Translations under genes and position numbers: made by a program
Notes under the pieces: generated by a model
What the model was told of the DNA's origin: nothing
Seen by the model: the letters and a program-made list of their open reading frames with translations, nothing else
Databases searched by the model: none
Shown: positions 14,289 to 28,861 of the stretch, piece by piece
Numbering within the stretch: the stretch's first letter is position 1
Layout of the letters: each line of letters starts with the position of its first letter
From: Mytilus trossulus
Taxonomy: Eukaryota
NCBI RefSeq assembly: GCF_036588685.1
Contig: NC_086373.1
Span: forward strand, 7,006,001 to 7,070,000
Direction: 5' to 3'
DNA length: 64,000 nucleotides

Positions 14289-15293
14289 TTAGAAACATTT
14301 TCTGTGTACAATACAAGGACCAGACTCGTCGTATTCTTCTTTACTGATCCACATTTGTTGAAACGTGGACAGTGATGCTAAAATTGACCCTCCAATCCAG
14401 ACAGAGTACTTTCGTTCGGGTGGAGCGACTACTTTAATTCTCATAGTTTGTGGTGCCAATAAATTAATTTCCTTTTTCACACGATCAGAAATCCCTGGAA
14501 ACATTGATGATCCACCGGAGAGAACGACATTTGCATGAAGGTCTTTCCGGATATCGACATCGCATTTCATAATGCTGTTGTATGTTGTGTTATGGATACC
14601 TGCGCTTTCCATTCCAAGAAAAGAAGGTTGGAACAATACCTCTGGACACCGGAAGCGCTCATTACCGACAGTAACTATTTGTCCATCCGGAAGTTCATAG
14701 CATTTTTCCAAAGAGGAGGTAGTCGCAGCTGTTTGCATTTCCTGTTCAAAATCATAAGTAACAAAGCAAAGTTTTTCTTTAATATCTCTGACGATTTCTC
14801 TCTCGGCTGTGGTTGTGAATGAATATCCTCGTTCTGTGAGAATTTTCATAAGATAGTCTGTGAGATCCCGTCCGGCGAGATCCAATCTCATGATAGCATG
14901 AGGAAGGGCATAACCTTCATAGATGGGTACGGTATGGGTAACACCATCACCAGAGTCCAACACAATACCAGTTGTACGACCAGAAGCATATAAAGATAAT
15001 ACGGCCTGAATAGCAACGTACATAGCTGGAGAATCAAAGGTTTCGAACATAATCTGTGTCATCTTTTCTCTGTTTGCTTTAGGATTAAGTGGCGCTTCCG
15101 TCAGTAAAATTGGATGTTCTTCTGGTGCTATCCGGAGTTCATTGAAGAAAGTGTGGTGCCAGATTTTCTCCATATCGTCCCAGTTTGTGACAATTCCATG
15201 ATCGATTGGATACTTTAAAGTAAGGATTCCTCTTTTGCTTTGTGCTTCATCACCAACGTAGCTGTCTTTCTGTCCCATTCCAACCATCACACC
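14289..15293 (-). CDS. act: Actin gene 2 (divergent paralogue), coding exon 2
   Basis: ORF 14289..15290 is actin; acceptor TTACAG|GGT at 15294/15293; AATAAA on the minus strand near 14089-14094. Confidence 0.96.
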   Translation of the reverse strand, partial: GVMVGMGQKDSYVGDEAQSKRGILTLKYPIDHGIVTNWDDMEKIWHHTFFNELRIAPEEHPILLTEAPLNPKANREKMTQIMFETFDSPAMYVAIQAVLSLYASGRTTGIVLDSGDGVTHTVPIYEGYALPHAIMRLDLAGRDLTDYLMKILTERGYSFTTTAEREIVRDIKEKLCFVTYDFEQEMQTAATTSSLEKCYELPDGQIVTVGNERFRCPEVLFQPSFLGMESAGIHNTTYNSIMKCDVDIRKDLHANVVLSGGSSMFPGISDRVKKEINLLAPQTMRIKVVAPPERKYSVWIGGSILASLSTFQQMWISKEEYDESGPCIVHRKCF

Positions 15294-15610
15294 CTGTAAT
15301 ATAAATAGGTGTGTGTTATTATTGAAGAGCTACTTTAAAATTCATCCTCTTTTTGATGGCATGGTTTTCAATATGGTTGTTGATAAACTGAAAAAAAATC
15401 AAAACTTCATTCCGATATCCCTACAAACATAGTTCAAACCGTTTTGTGATTATGAGCACAAGCTTCATAACTTTTGGTAAAGGAAAACTAATTTTGGAGA
15501 AACGGAAACAGATTTGTCAATTTTCCATTTTTAAAGGAACATTTCTCAAGAACTGGTTAATAAAGTGTCGTCACCCAATTTCGAACTTGAAATGTGTTTA
15601 GCGGTATTAA

Positions 15611-16826
15611 TTATAAGGTCTTTCCACTTTTCGTGGAAAGACCTTTTGTTTTTCTTCTCATTATTATTTTTTTTTCTTTTTTTTTCTGCCGTCTGAGATG
15701 CTTTTTTGTTTTACAACATATCGAATGGATGTTTGGCAAATGATGTTGTACAGTAATGGGGGTTTCAAAACTCACCCTGTGTGACAGAACACGTATTCGT
15801 ATATGAGTTATCTCCCTGCGTCCCTTTTTTCTTGTTATCGCTATATCTCTAAAACCGTAAAAGATTTTTACAAACTGTTTGCACCAAATTGTTTGTCTAC
15901 TCCTAAGAATGATTTGTTTTATTTGACTGGAGTGTTTGGAAGACATCTTATGGGAGTTGCTTCCCTTTGAAAATTTAAGATAGACGATAAGTTGGATAAA
16001 TTCATACGGTATAAGTCGTAGAGGCCTACAGTCTTTTGATATGAAGTCCTTGGTCCATTTGAAGGAAACTGAGGTCAAGGTCAGAGGCCAAGGTCATGTT
16101 ATAAATTTTGAATATTGCTTGTTATCGTTATTCAAAAGAAACTGTTACAGTTAATGGTATGATGTGTTTGCCAAATTACTATTTACAATAAGTCGAAATG
16201 TTTTGGTTTACCCTTATAGGAGTTTTCTCTTCTTATGTATTTGAAATCATTATTTCTCCACAACCATACAAGTGATTGACCTCGGGCCTTCCGATTTGAG
16301 TTCACTGACCTATGACCTTGAATTTGAGGTCAAGGTTGAAGGTCAAGGTCATATTCTTAATTTTTGATTTTGCTTGTAATCTATATTCAAAAGAAACTGT
16401 AACAGTTAATGCTATGATGTGTTTGCCAAATTACTGTTTTCAATAAGGGACAACTTCAACCCTTTTAAGTCTAAGTGTTTTGGTCAACCCTTATAGGAGT
16501 TTTCTTTTGTATTTGAAATCGGTATTTCTCCACAACCATACAAGTGATTGACCTGGAGTCTTTTGATTTGAGATCACTGACCTATGACCTTGAAATTGAG
16601 GTCAAGGCCAACTTGACGTTTCAGATTTTGACCTTTGCTTTAAATTCTTTCTTGTTCATTATAAAACAATTAAGTCTTCTACATATACCTATTAATCTTA
16701 TTTTTTTATATTAGTTTGAGGTACCAAATTACATCAACAAGGAGTGACCTTTTCTAACATCTTTTTTAAAATTTAATTCTTATTATCGAGGTGGGAACTT
16801 CAATTGTTCTCTGAAGAATTGATTTT
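15611..16826 (+). mobile_element. Helentron-associated (HINE/DINE-like) non-autonomous element
   Basis: 5' hairpin AAGGTCTTTCCAC/GTGGAAAGACCTT, low-complexity tract, internal about 250-bp tandem units (TGACCTTGA...GAGGTCAAGG), 3' short hairpin ending in a T-run. Confidence 0.65.
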
Positions 16827-16848
16827 TAATTGTGAATAAGTTTCATTT

Positions 16849-17827
16849 AGCCTCGGTCACACTTTACCGGATAGCTCGAACGGATAAAACGTCCGTTAGG
16901 CGTCCGTTTTGTACGGTACTCGTCCGTTTCGTTTCCGTTTTGTATCCGTTATGTGTACGTTATACATCCGTTGGAGGTCTGGCAGATAATTTCACCAACA
17001 GACTACTAACGAACGTCTAACGGATAAAACGGATGTTAAATGAATGTGAAACGGACTTCTACCGGACGTATAACGGACAAAACGGACGATGAACGGATCT
17101 GAAACGGATAAATGCCAATTGAAAATTTCTCGTCAGAAATGCCAATAAGATTTCTCAAGGTTCATGAATTCTTATTATTTTTAATCGATCTTAGAGTAAG
17201 TGCATATCTTCACAATCAAACAGCTGTTAAACTTATTCAGGTCAGACACTGCCCTTTGGCGGCATTTTGAAGAACAAACCAAAACCAGTTAAACAGAACT
17301 TTGACTCATGAGGCTCTCAAATCAAATCGATTTGCTTTCATTATATTGCATGTTTTTTTCAGTTTTTTTTGGTAGTATTTGCATGAATTTTTATGTGATA
17401 CTGGGTTAAAAAGCTCTCCAGAGCTCATGTTTTGCCTGTTATTACATGCCGAATCGAAATAAAATTTACTTACTTACTTACTTAGAACATTTTCAATATT
17501 AATGCGATTTACATGTTTTATTATTGTCGCCTTTAATTTTTTCGTATATCTTGTTTATCCGTTTTATCCGGTACGCTTCTGTTAGGTGTCCGTTTTATGC
17601 GGTATTCGTCCGTTGGATGTACGTTCGACATCCGTTCTGTCCGTTACGTCTCCGTTTCACGTCCGTTGTATATTCGTTGCAAGTCCGTTATGCATTCGTT
17701 AGGCGTCCGTTTTAGTTGGTCAATACTTCAACAAACGCCCAACGGACAACAATTTTGTCAACGGACAACTTTTATTTTCGTCCGTTAGTCGTCCGTTCGT
17801 CTTATCCGATAAGGTGTGACCGAGGCT
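16849..17827. mobile_element. PIF/Harbinger-like MITE in the actin 2 intron
   Basis: TIR AGCCTCGGTCACAC/GTGTGACCGAGGCT; flanks TTT/TTA; subterminal arrays of TCCGTT/AACGGA. Confidence 0.8.
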
Positions 17828-18289
17828 TTACATTTGGTTGAGGCAAACTAAACTTAGAGAACGAAAACGAAAAATTTAGATTTTTTTTTTATAAAGCATC
17901 ATAACTCATGACGATAAAAGTGATGCCACCTAATTTCTTACTTGAGCTATATTTTGTGGTAATAAAGATAAAGCACCGTGTATAAGTTTTATAACATTTG
18001 GTTTAGGCAAACTTGAGTTAGAGAACGGAAACCAATTTTGGGGACGTAGGGGATGGGCACGGGTAGGACAAGGGTAATAATAAAAGCCCCCTACAATATG
18101 GCCGAGGTATTAAAAGCTTCTTTAGAAATATATTATCATTCGAACAGATGCTGAAATTCTTCATGAATTTAATATTCTACAAAAGTTATAAAAGAGATTA
18201 TCTTTTCCAAATCAAGTTTGCTGTGTTGTTGGTTAACGGTCTACATAATATGAGTTACAAAAAAGATTTTCACGATAAAAAAAAAAGCA

Positions 18290-19573
18290 ATAATAAATGA
18301 CAGAATTGTTAACGATGGCATAATTTGATGTGGAGCAATAATGAATGAACTGTTGAGGATGGCATAATTAGGTGGAGAGCAATTATGACTGAAGTTTTGA
18401 CGATGGCATAATTTGATGTGGAGCAATAATGACTTAATTGTTGACAATGGCATAAGTTGATTTGGAGTAATAATGACAAAATTGTTGACGATGGCATAAT
18501 TTGATACGGAGCAAAAATGACAGAATTGCTGACGATGGCAGAATCTAATGTGTAGCAATAATTACAGAAATGTCGACGATGGCATAACTTGATGTGGCGC
18601 AATAATGAATGAATTGTTGGCGATGGCATAATTATGTGTAGAGCAATAATGACAGAGATTTTGACGATGGCATAATCATTATGCTAATGTGTAGCAATAA
18701 TGACAGCATTTTCGACAATGGCATAATTTGATGTGGAGCAATAACGACAGAATTGTTGACGATGGCATGATTTGATGTGAAGCAATAATGACAGAACTGT
18801 TGACGATGGTATAATTTGATGTGAAGCAATAATGACAGAACTGTTGACGATGGTATAATTTGATGTGAAGCAATAATGACAGAGTTGTTGACGATGGCAT
18901 ACTTGAATGTGTAGTAATAATGACATAATTGTTGGCGATGGAATAATTTGATGTGAAGTAATAATGACAGAATTGTTGAGGCTGGCATAATTGATTGTGT
19001 AGCCACAATGACAGAATTGTTGACGATGGCATAATCTGATGTGGAGCAATAATGACCGAATTGTTGACGATGGCATAATTGAATGTGTTGCCACAACGAC
19101 AGAATTGTTGACGATGGCATAATTGAATGTGTTGCCACAACGACAGAATTGTTGACGATGGCATAATCTGATGTGGAGCAATAATGACCGAATTGTTGAC
19201 GATGGCATAATTGAATGTGTTGCCACAACGACAGAATTGTTGACGATGGCATAATTGAATGTGTTGCCACAACGACAGAATTGTTGACGATGGCATAATC
19301 TGATGTGGAGCAATAATGACCGAATTGTTGACGATGGCATAATCTGATTTGGAGCAATTATGACAGAATTGTTGACGATGGCATAATTTGGATTGTAGCA
19401 ACATTGACAGAATTAATAATGATGGCATAATTTGGATTGTAGCAACATTGACAGAATTAATAATGATGGCATAATTTGGATTGTAGCAACATTGACAGAA
19501 TTAATAATGATGGTAATAATTTGATGTGTACTTGGCAATAATGACATAAATTGTTGACGATTGCATAATTTGA
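18290..19573. repeat. Minisatellite, 44-bp unit, about 29 copies, in the actin 2 intron
   Basis: Consensus GACAGAATTGTTGACGATGGCATAATTTGATGTGGAGCAATAAT. Confidence 0.96.
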
Positions 19574-19979
19574 ATAAAATGGAGTGTAACGATTGTATAT
19601 ACGTTCGATACTTTCTACTTGACTAAGGGAAAACATATTTGGAAAGGAATGAGGTTAGGAATTTATCTTTCATTGGAGTATATTTGAAATGTTAAGAAAT
19701 ATATATTTTTAGTACCGCTAAACCGATTGAATGGTTTCGTGAATTATGACCGCTAATTGTGAGGCTTTTATTATTCTCGTACGAAAAATATATAGAAATA
19801 TATTTATAAAAACTACTGAATAAGTTGAAACCAAATACGAAAAATATGTTTCCTGTCAATTTCTTTTTCTCTTTAGATACACATTGAGTAAACGTGACTG
19901 CTGGTAACTAACTAACTGTTTATCAAATATTAACAGAAAACAAAATTGTAGATGATTAAAGGGAGACGTAAATGCCTTA

Positions 19980-20165
<186 letters not shown>

Positions 20166-20419
20166 TTATATTTACTCTATCTAAAAAAAATGTCAAGCAG
20201 CTTTCTAGAAAAAGAAGGACTTTGGTATAACTAAATTTACATTTTTTCACGTAGTTTCCGCTCAAAACTTGATAAATATCCGTTGTCGGAAATAAAAATA
20301 GATAAACTTACGCACTTATTTAGAAATACACATATAAGATATATTTGAAAGTTTGGATTACCAGATAACGGTGTGTTAACAAACAATGAATAGACCAATA
20401 TAAGTATCAAAATCAAACC

Positions 20420-21360
20420 CTACACAAACATTGAAGACAAAAGGGAGGATTTTTCTTTCACTATTGTTAATTTTCCTCTTTAAAAAAACGAGGATGTTCC
20501 TCTCATCTGGCACCATCTTAACGGGTGTTTATATATTCCAACGTGTTCGGTATGCTCGTGTATGTATCGGCTTTTTAAAAAAAATTAGAACTATACTAAA
20601 TATTATACATATCTACTTTCACGGTACACCAATCAGTCGACACCTATATCTTGATCTTGCACAAGGTCATCTTTTTCTCAGACTGTAAATGGCATCTTTA
20701 CACTAAACCCATTGGATGTTGGATATGTACTGAATGCTATTCTAGTCTTAGAAACACTTAGATACATGATTTTTATTAGCTGTTATTGGCTTTGAACTAG
20801 CTTTTAGTAACTGTGAGTACATGTACTTTCAGATCAGTACTTCGTGTGTTTTTTGTTGTGATGGATTAGGGATGGATATATACGCAGCCACGTCCATGCA
20901 TGTTTTTGTTTTGTTTTTGTTTGTGTCGAACTTATGTGACGAGTTAAGCCTTTTTCAACTGATTTCTATATGTTGTTCTTATGTCGTGCTATTACACCAC
21001 TGTCACAGGTTTTGGGAGGGTTGAGCGCTCACAAACATGTTTCACCCCGCCACAACATTAAGGTGCATGTCCCAAGTTAGGAGCCTGTAATTCAGTGGTT
21101 GTCGTTGGTTCACGTCTGTCATATATTTGTTTTTCGTAAATTATTTTGTTATCAATTAGGCCGTTAGTTTTCTCAATTGAATTATTTCAAATTTTTCATG
21201 TCGGGCCCTTTCATAGTCGACTATACGGTATGAGATTTTTTAATTGTTGAAGGCCGCACGGTTGCCTATAATTGTTTGCATCCACTTTATTTTTAACTTT
21301 GGTGGATAGTTGTCTCATTGGCAATCAAAAAATTATCATACCAAATCTCCTTATTTGTAT
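20420..21360 (+). mobile_element. Penelope-like RT C-terminal relic continuing into the abundant family-A repeat
   Basis: Broken translation DKREDFSFTIVNFP...APS.GVYI.Q.VRYARVC, followed by the family-A body (CCCAAGTTAGGAGCCTGTAATTCAGTGG...TTGTCTCATTGGCAATC). Confidence 0.6.
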
Positions 21361-22628
21361 AACTTATAACATTACAATTTACGAAAAACAAACAGGAGAG
21401 TCATGAACCCGACGACAACCATTGAATTACAGGCTCCTTTCTTGGAATAGGCATATTAAGTTAAACATGTTGGTAGGTCGTTAAATGTAAGCACCTAAAA
21501 AAAGTTGCAATATTTTTTTAATTTAATAAATATAAAGATACAACTTCTCTTTACGTCTGTACACTTTGGTTTCTGTTGTTGCATCAATGTTAGTTAAAGT
21601 GATATTAAATGTGGTAACAAAAATACAAAACATTTAAAACTATAAAAATGTATTAACCACTGAGTTATAACAGTGTTGGTTTATCTTGCAAACTCTTGTT
21701 ACTGTCTTAAGTCTTTGCAAAGAATATTTCTCGTTCTATCAAGTTTCCATATCCATTTTTTATATTGGTAACGGAGACGTTTTCAGTCGGAAAAATTATG
21801 TGAAACCCCTTGTTTTCCGAAGTTAGCATACTTTTATTCGGTTGTTTTTGGCTAACTGTTAAGTATACTCTTAATTGTTTATTACTTGTTAGTTTTCTTT
21901 CAATATTTATGCTTTAGAACTACTGAAATATTTTTCTCCAATTGGCATTAAAATTGCGTCATTTATCATCGAATTGATTGTGAAAGATAAAAAATCAACT
22001 TATTGATAAGGCCACACGAAATTATTATTTTTAAAACAATTGCACCGTGAATTTAAGTCGTTTAAAAACATAAATTTATACGTTCTTCCAGCATTAGGAA
22101 ACCTCCCCACCCAATCCGCCGTTCAAGATTTTCTTTAAAGAATAAAGAAAAATATGTCGTTTGTTTGTATTGATATATAGAAAATAACAATGTCATACTA
22201 CACATATATGTCTCCTTTCGTTTGAGGACAGTCTATTTGAAACGTAAATATTTTCATTTCATTTAAACTCATTTCTATTTTTATTTTTTTTTCTGTAGGA
22301 AATAAATTGTACCATTCGTCATTAAAAAATCGAACTTTAGTTGATTGATTATTATTTTGGAAAATATAATTATAAGGAGATGCGGGTATGGTCGCAAATG
22401 GGACGAGTGTGTAAACCGGTTTTAAGATAAATTATTGTTTTATCATAAAATTTTATCGCAAAATAAATCACAATTGAATGTACCCTAATGGCATACAATT
22501 GAAATGTAAAATTTGGTTTTAGGGCAAACTTTAATTGTGTCATAAACATGAGTATTATTATATGTACCCCAGTAAATATGAACGACGTATAGTCGATACA
22601 CCTGATTAAATAATCACTATAGGGTTGA

Positions 22629-22687
22629 CCATATATGGATTTTTTACCTTACAATTCCGAGAAATCTCCGCCCATTTTACATATAAA
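22629..22687 (+). promoter_or_regulatory. Actin 3 proximal promoter: CArG, STAT-type site, GC box, TATA
   Basis: CCATATATGG 22629, TTCCGAGAA 22655, CCGCCC 22668, TATAAA 22682. Confidence 0.7.
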
Positions 22688-22732
22688 GTAGATACCCACT
22701 TAGGAATACTTCACAATACTCTAACAAGTTGA

Positions 22733-22909
<177 letters not shown>

Positions 22910-22967
22910 TAATTTCTTTAGTTTACTAATTACAAAAAAGGGGTCCAAACCGATCAAAATATGTTTC

Positions 22968-23388
22968 ATGTACCAAGAAAAATATCACAATTTAAAAGGG
23001 CCACCCCTTTTTCCACTTACACTTGAGATTTTTTACCAATCAGTTTGATAACTGATAAAAAAAAAAATCCCCAAAAATGTTAGTTGTTTTACTCTTACCA
23101 GTCGAGTCTGATGCGTTGTTCACTTCCTAAACGTAGCGAAGGCTGTCCTAATGAAAAAGTATAAAGTGTCACAAATGTACCAAGAAAAATACCACAATTT
23201 TAAAGGGCCACCCCTTTTCCCACTTACACCTAAGATTTTTTACCAATCAGTTTGATAACTGATAATTTTTGTTTTCCCCAAAAATGTTAGGAGTTGTTTT
23301 ACTCTCATCCGTCGAGTATGATGCGTTGTTTACTTCATAAACGTAGCGACGGCTGTCCTAATGAAAAAGTATAAAAGTTTTACAAATG
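22968..23388. repeat. About 208-bp tandem duplication at the start of the actin 3 intron
   Basis: ATGTACCAAGAAAA...AAAAAGTATAAA repeated with scattered differences. Confidence 0.85.
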
Positions 23389-24273
23389 CAATATTTTTTT
23401 CTAAATTAAAAAATGTTACCAAAAAACAATTCTTCCATAATAACAGTTCTCCGTAAACATTAAACTATTTGATTTTTGTAAAACAATTGGGTTATATTTA
23501 TGGGGTGATAATCATCTCAGAACATGATGTCTGCTAGAACGTTCCTCCTTCCGCAATGTCGGCGAAAACGTCCGAAATTATTTACAGTATTCAAATTTTA
23601 GATCGTTTAGATTGTCTGGTTTGATTTTACCTATCACAGTAGTATGCTGACCACTTTCATTAAGAATATTAGTTGATATAAAGATATGTCTAAACTATTT
23701 AAAGGATTCTTATTATTTTTGTGTCGGATTGCAGCAATCTTGTAATTCGATGATTTTTTTTCTGTTAGATGGTTTAGAAAAAATATTTGGTTAGTTCGTC
23801 ACCGCTTTAATAATTTTTGACAATTACTTTAAAAAATGTCCGGCCAAGTTAGACGTGGAAAAGATTAATATATGCTGACATACGATATCATGCCCTCCTA
23901 TTGCGGGAAGTAGATAAAGTGGTGTACATTGGCCTTCTCGTGTGGAGCCTTTATCAGCGAACGATAACCGACAATTGCGACATGCTCCAATGGCAATATT
24001 GTATTGACATCATGTCCTAGATTGTGCAAAATGAACACAAAACAATGTTGGTCATGGACATATACACAAAACAAATATGAAAAACTCCGTTATGATTATT
24101 AATTACTGAATTGTTCTATGAGATGCATACTTTTATTATAATATTTATTGTACTTGATTCATCTAAGCTGTATTGCTTTTTGAAGCGACACTGGATAATA
24201 TATATTACCTTGAACAAACTGCAAACACAACTTCTGACGATATAGCTAAACAAACTCTAATTTTACCTCTTAA

Positions 24274-24865
24274 GGTGGTATGGGAGTCTAAAATAAAAAT
24301 GATAGAATTTGTTCATACTTTGCCAAAATGTAGTATCTATTGATACATGTTAAAAAATATTATAAAAATGATAGGTCACCGTGCATTTTTTCAAGCTACG
24401 GGTCGTGACAAAATGACACATTTTGTATGGATTATACAGGAAAAAACACCATTTTGTGAATAGAAACTAAACGAAATGATAGAATTGTAAAATAAATTAG
24501 GAAAATATAGCTTTCAAACAATGCTTTGATCATATCAAAAGAAAAGATAGGGTCACCGTACGTTTTGTTCGGCTAAAATACAAAGTAGGAAAATTCCATG
24601 AACAATCCAACAGAAAATGCACTGTTTTAGAGTTACCTCCCCTTAAAATGACAATTTCAAAATATTTAAAAACAACCAAAAATAATCTTCACTTGTACAT
24701 ATATTTATATTTATAAGTTATATTCTTATAAATTGGATCTTTTAAATGTAAAAACACATGAAATATCTGCATTCTTGCATCAAATTTTGCTAATTTGATA
24801 GAAAATATGGACCTTAGATTCTCTGTTTTTTACAATCCAAGATGGCGAAAGACACCCATACCACC
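24274..24865. mobile_element. Kolobok-like MITE in the actin 3 intron
   Basis: TTAA on both sides; TIR GGTGGTATGGG(A/T)GTCT with GG...CC termini. Confidence 0.85.
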
Positions 24866-25716
24866 TTAAAGTTTATTTTTTCTTAATCTGCAACAATCAA
24901 TTCTATATGATCCTATATCTAAAAGTACAAATTTCAGACCGATACACTATTAGCAAACTTTTATGGAAGGGATCAAAATTAAAAGTCGCAATTAATTAAC
25001 GATTAACAATATTTTGCTTTAAAGTTTGGTTTGAAAATGCATACGAAACACAAAATTGGATAAGAAGTTAATCTGATGACATAAGTGATTATATATGAGT
25101 TAAACCTCATTAATCTGAAGGAACTGTTGCCAAACTTAGTCTTCGATAAGTGTATACTAGTGATCTACCAAGTTCCATGCAAACATGACCACTCAATCAA
25201 CCATTGTTCTCCAGGTGCGGGAATTTCTCGCTACATTGAAGACCTGTTGGTGACCTTCTGCTGTTGTGTTTTTTTATTTTGGTCGGGTTGTTGTCTCTTT
25301 GACACATTCCCCATTTCCATTCTCAATTTTATTGCCTAATCGATTCGGTGTATAGTATTCCTTGCAATTTTATTAAGTAACGCATTACATACCACACATA
25401 TATCTCGTTAGGTATACTTATGTAAGTATTATTGATTGATTAATAACATTAATTGATTGATTAATAAAATTAATTGATTGATTAATATCTAAATACAAAA
25501 GTATGTACTTCTAGTAGGTATGTTTCATGTGTATACATGTAAATGGTATAATATGAAATCCATTTGGATTCAAATAAATATTTCTGAAAACAAACAAACA
25601 AACACAAAATAAACGTACAAAGTTTAGTTTTTGATTAAGAATTTTATAGATATTTAAAACAATAATGCCAAATAGTTGGAGCCGATTTTTCATATTGAAT
25701 ATCCTTTATCATTTAG

Positions 25717-26721
<1,005 letters not shown>

Positions 26722-28861
26722 ACAGATACATTACCTGATTTGGATTGTGCAATGTCGTCCCATATCATCTAACATATCATCAAACGTACAAGGCAGTATT
26801 TCATGTTATCCGTCACTCGTTATATCTAACAGTCAAGTGTTCAAATTTTCTCTTGTTATACATTTTTTATATTTGTAATAAAAACATAAAGGTACCATAT
26901 ATTTAAAACCTTACATACAATAAACATTATGGCGCTCTTTTTCTAGACTCGATTCTTTTTTTCCAAAAAGTATTGCCCTGAAAATATTATAGACGTTTAC
27001 TGTTTGTCTTTCCTTCAAGGAAGTTCCTTAGAAAATTGTTGACACATTTATGTCTCTTTCCTGGTTTTTATAGTTTAAGAATGTTATCTTGTATGCATAT
27101 CACATTTTTGTTACACGTTTATCTTGATTTGTTGTTGTTCTGAATTGCGTAATCCTGATGTTTCGTATTTTTCAATTGGTATTTGGTGTTAGATTTGTAT
27201 GTGGGATTACCAGTTTCCAAGGTCCGTCTGTTGCGGATCAAAAAGTTGGGAGATTGCATTAGAGGGGTTCAAGCCGTACTTCAGTGATTCACTTATTAAT
27301 CAACAAAAAGTTCCCCTTAAAAAGAGCTAAATCGTAACCCTTGCGAGTTGAACGCTCTCTATAACCTTGTTGAAAAACGTCACATTCGTTTTGTCAGTAG
27401 CATGTAATTCTTATTGGCGTTAGTCGCTGTCTCATATTTGTTTTTCGTCGTATATATATTACTAATGTGATCATTTTCGTAGGGTTAAATATTTCGCAGT
27501 GGTGTCTTGCCATGGCTTTGTTTGGACTTGTTTGTTTGCTTTTTTTTTGGCCTTGAATGTTTATCCCTAATATTTTATTAACTGTGCATTTACATTCAGA
27601 TATCGCCGATCAAATTTATTCGTTCATAGTGTATTAATTTACGTTTTTTGATTGAGTTGAGCCTGCCAATATTTTATCGTATGTTTTTCTATGTTGTGAT
27701 TTTATGCTATTGGTTTAGAAAAAGGGAGAAGGTTTGGTACCATTAAAACGTTTAATCACGCTGCAAATGTTTGCACCTGTCCTAAGTCAGGAATCTGATG
27801 TACAGTAGTTGTAGTTTGTTTTCTGTAATTTATACGTATTTCTCGTTTCTCGTTTTTTTATATAGATTAGACCGTTGTTTTTCCCGTTTGAATGGTTTTA
27901 CACGAGTAATTTTGGGGCACTTTATACTTTCTGGTTCGGTGTGAGCCAAGGCTCCGTGTTGAAGGCCGTATATTGACATATAATGGTTTACTTTTTTAAA
28001 TTGTTATTTGGATGGAGAGTTGTATCATTGGCACTCGCACCACATCTTCCTATATCTATGTGATAGTTATACAATTTTAACTCGCATAATGATCATTTAA
28101 TTTTGTCAGATTCGGGATTAAAGAAGCTCGGTTTTTGGAACTAGTGAATCATGTCAGTTTTTTTTTAAAATATGTTTGTCTCGTAGGTTTTTATTTTCTA
28201 GATCAATTGTACAAAAGGGGATAAATCATAACCGTTTAATCAGCGTTTTCGAGGTCTTTTAAACTATAAGGATATGTGATGTTTGGTAAGAAGACAACTC
28301 TAAATCAAATTGAGTTCCCCTCTAGCCGGTTTTTGCAACCATAGGTCACCACACTGCCTTCAACAATGAACAAAACCCGACATGCCAAAAAGTGAATCGG
28401 TTCAAATGTGATGTATTTGAAGAAAATTCCAACTCCCTGGTTTATGAATTAAAAAAAATGGACGTTAATTAAGCAACCAACAATCAATCAATATGAATAA
28501 AAAGATAAACAAAAAACAAATATCACTGACCGAAACCGTCCCTCTAGACTTGGACCGCGGTGTATTGAACTGCACTAAAAAGACCGAACTATAAATCCGA
28601 TGATATTTAATTTTTATGGGCATATATTTTTATCAGAAGAATGTCATTTTGCAGTATATAATCCTTAATGCAGATCTAATGATTCGAATCGGTTCACCCC
28701 AGTTATAGAAAGAAAACGCACTATATATATATATAGAGTTGAGCAAAGTTTACAAAGAGGATTATTCAGTTTATGTTTAAATTGACGAGATTAGTTCAAA
28801 CAGAAGAACCGTCTTTATAAACAAGTTTTAGACGATATCGACTGATGGCTAATATTTCCTA

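Noticed and set aside
18241-19428. Several 105-249 aa minus-strand ORFs
   Set aside because: Stop-poor strand of the 44-bp minisatellite; all three frames give the same cycling peptide.
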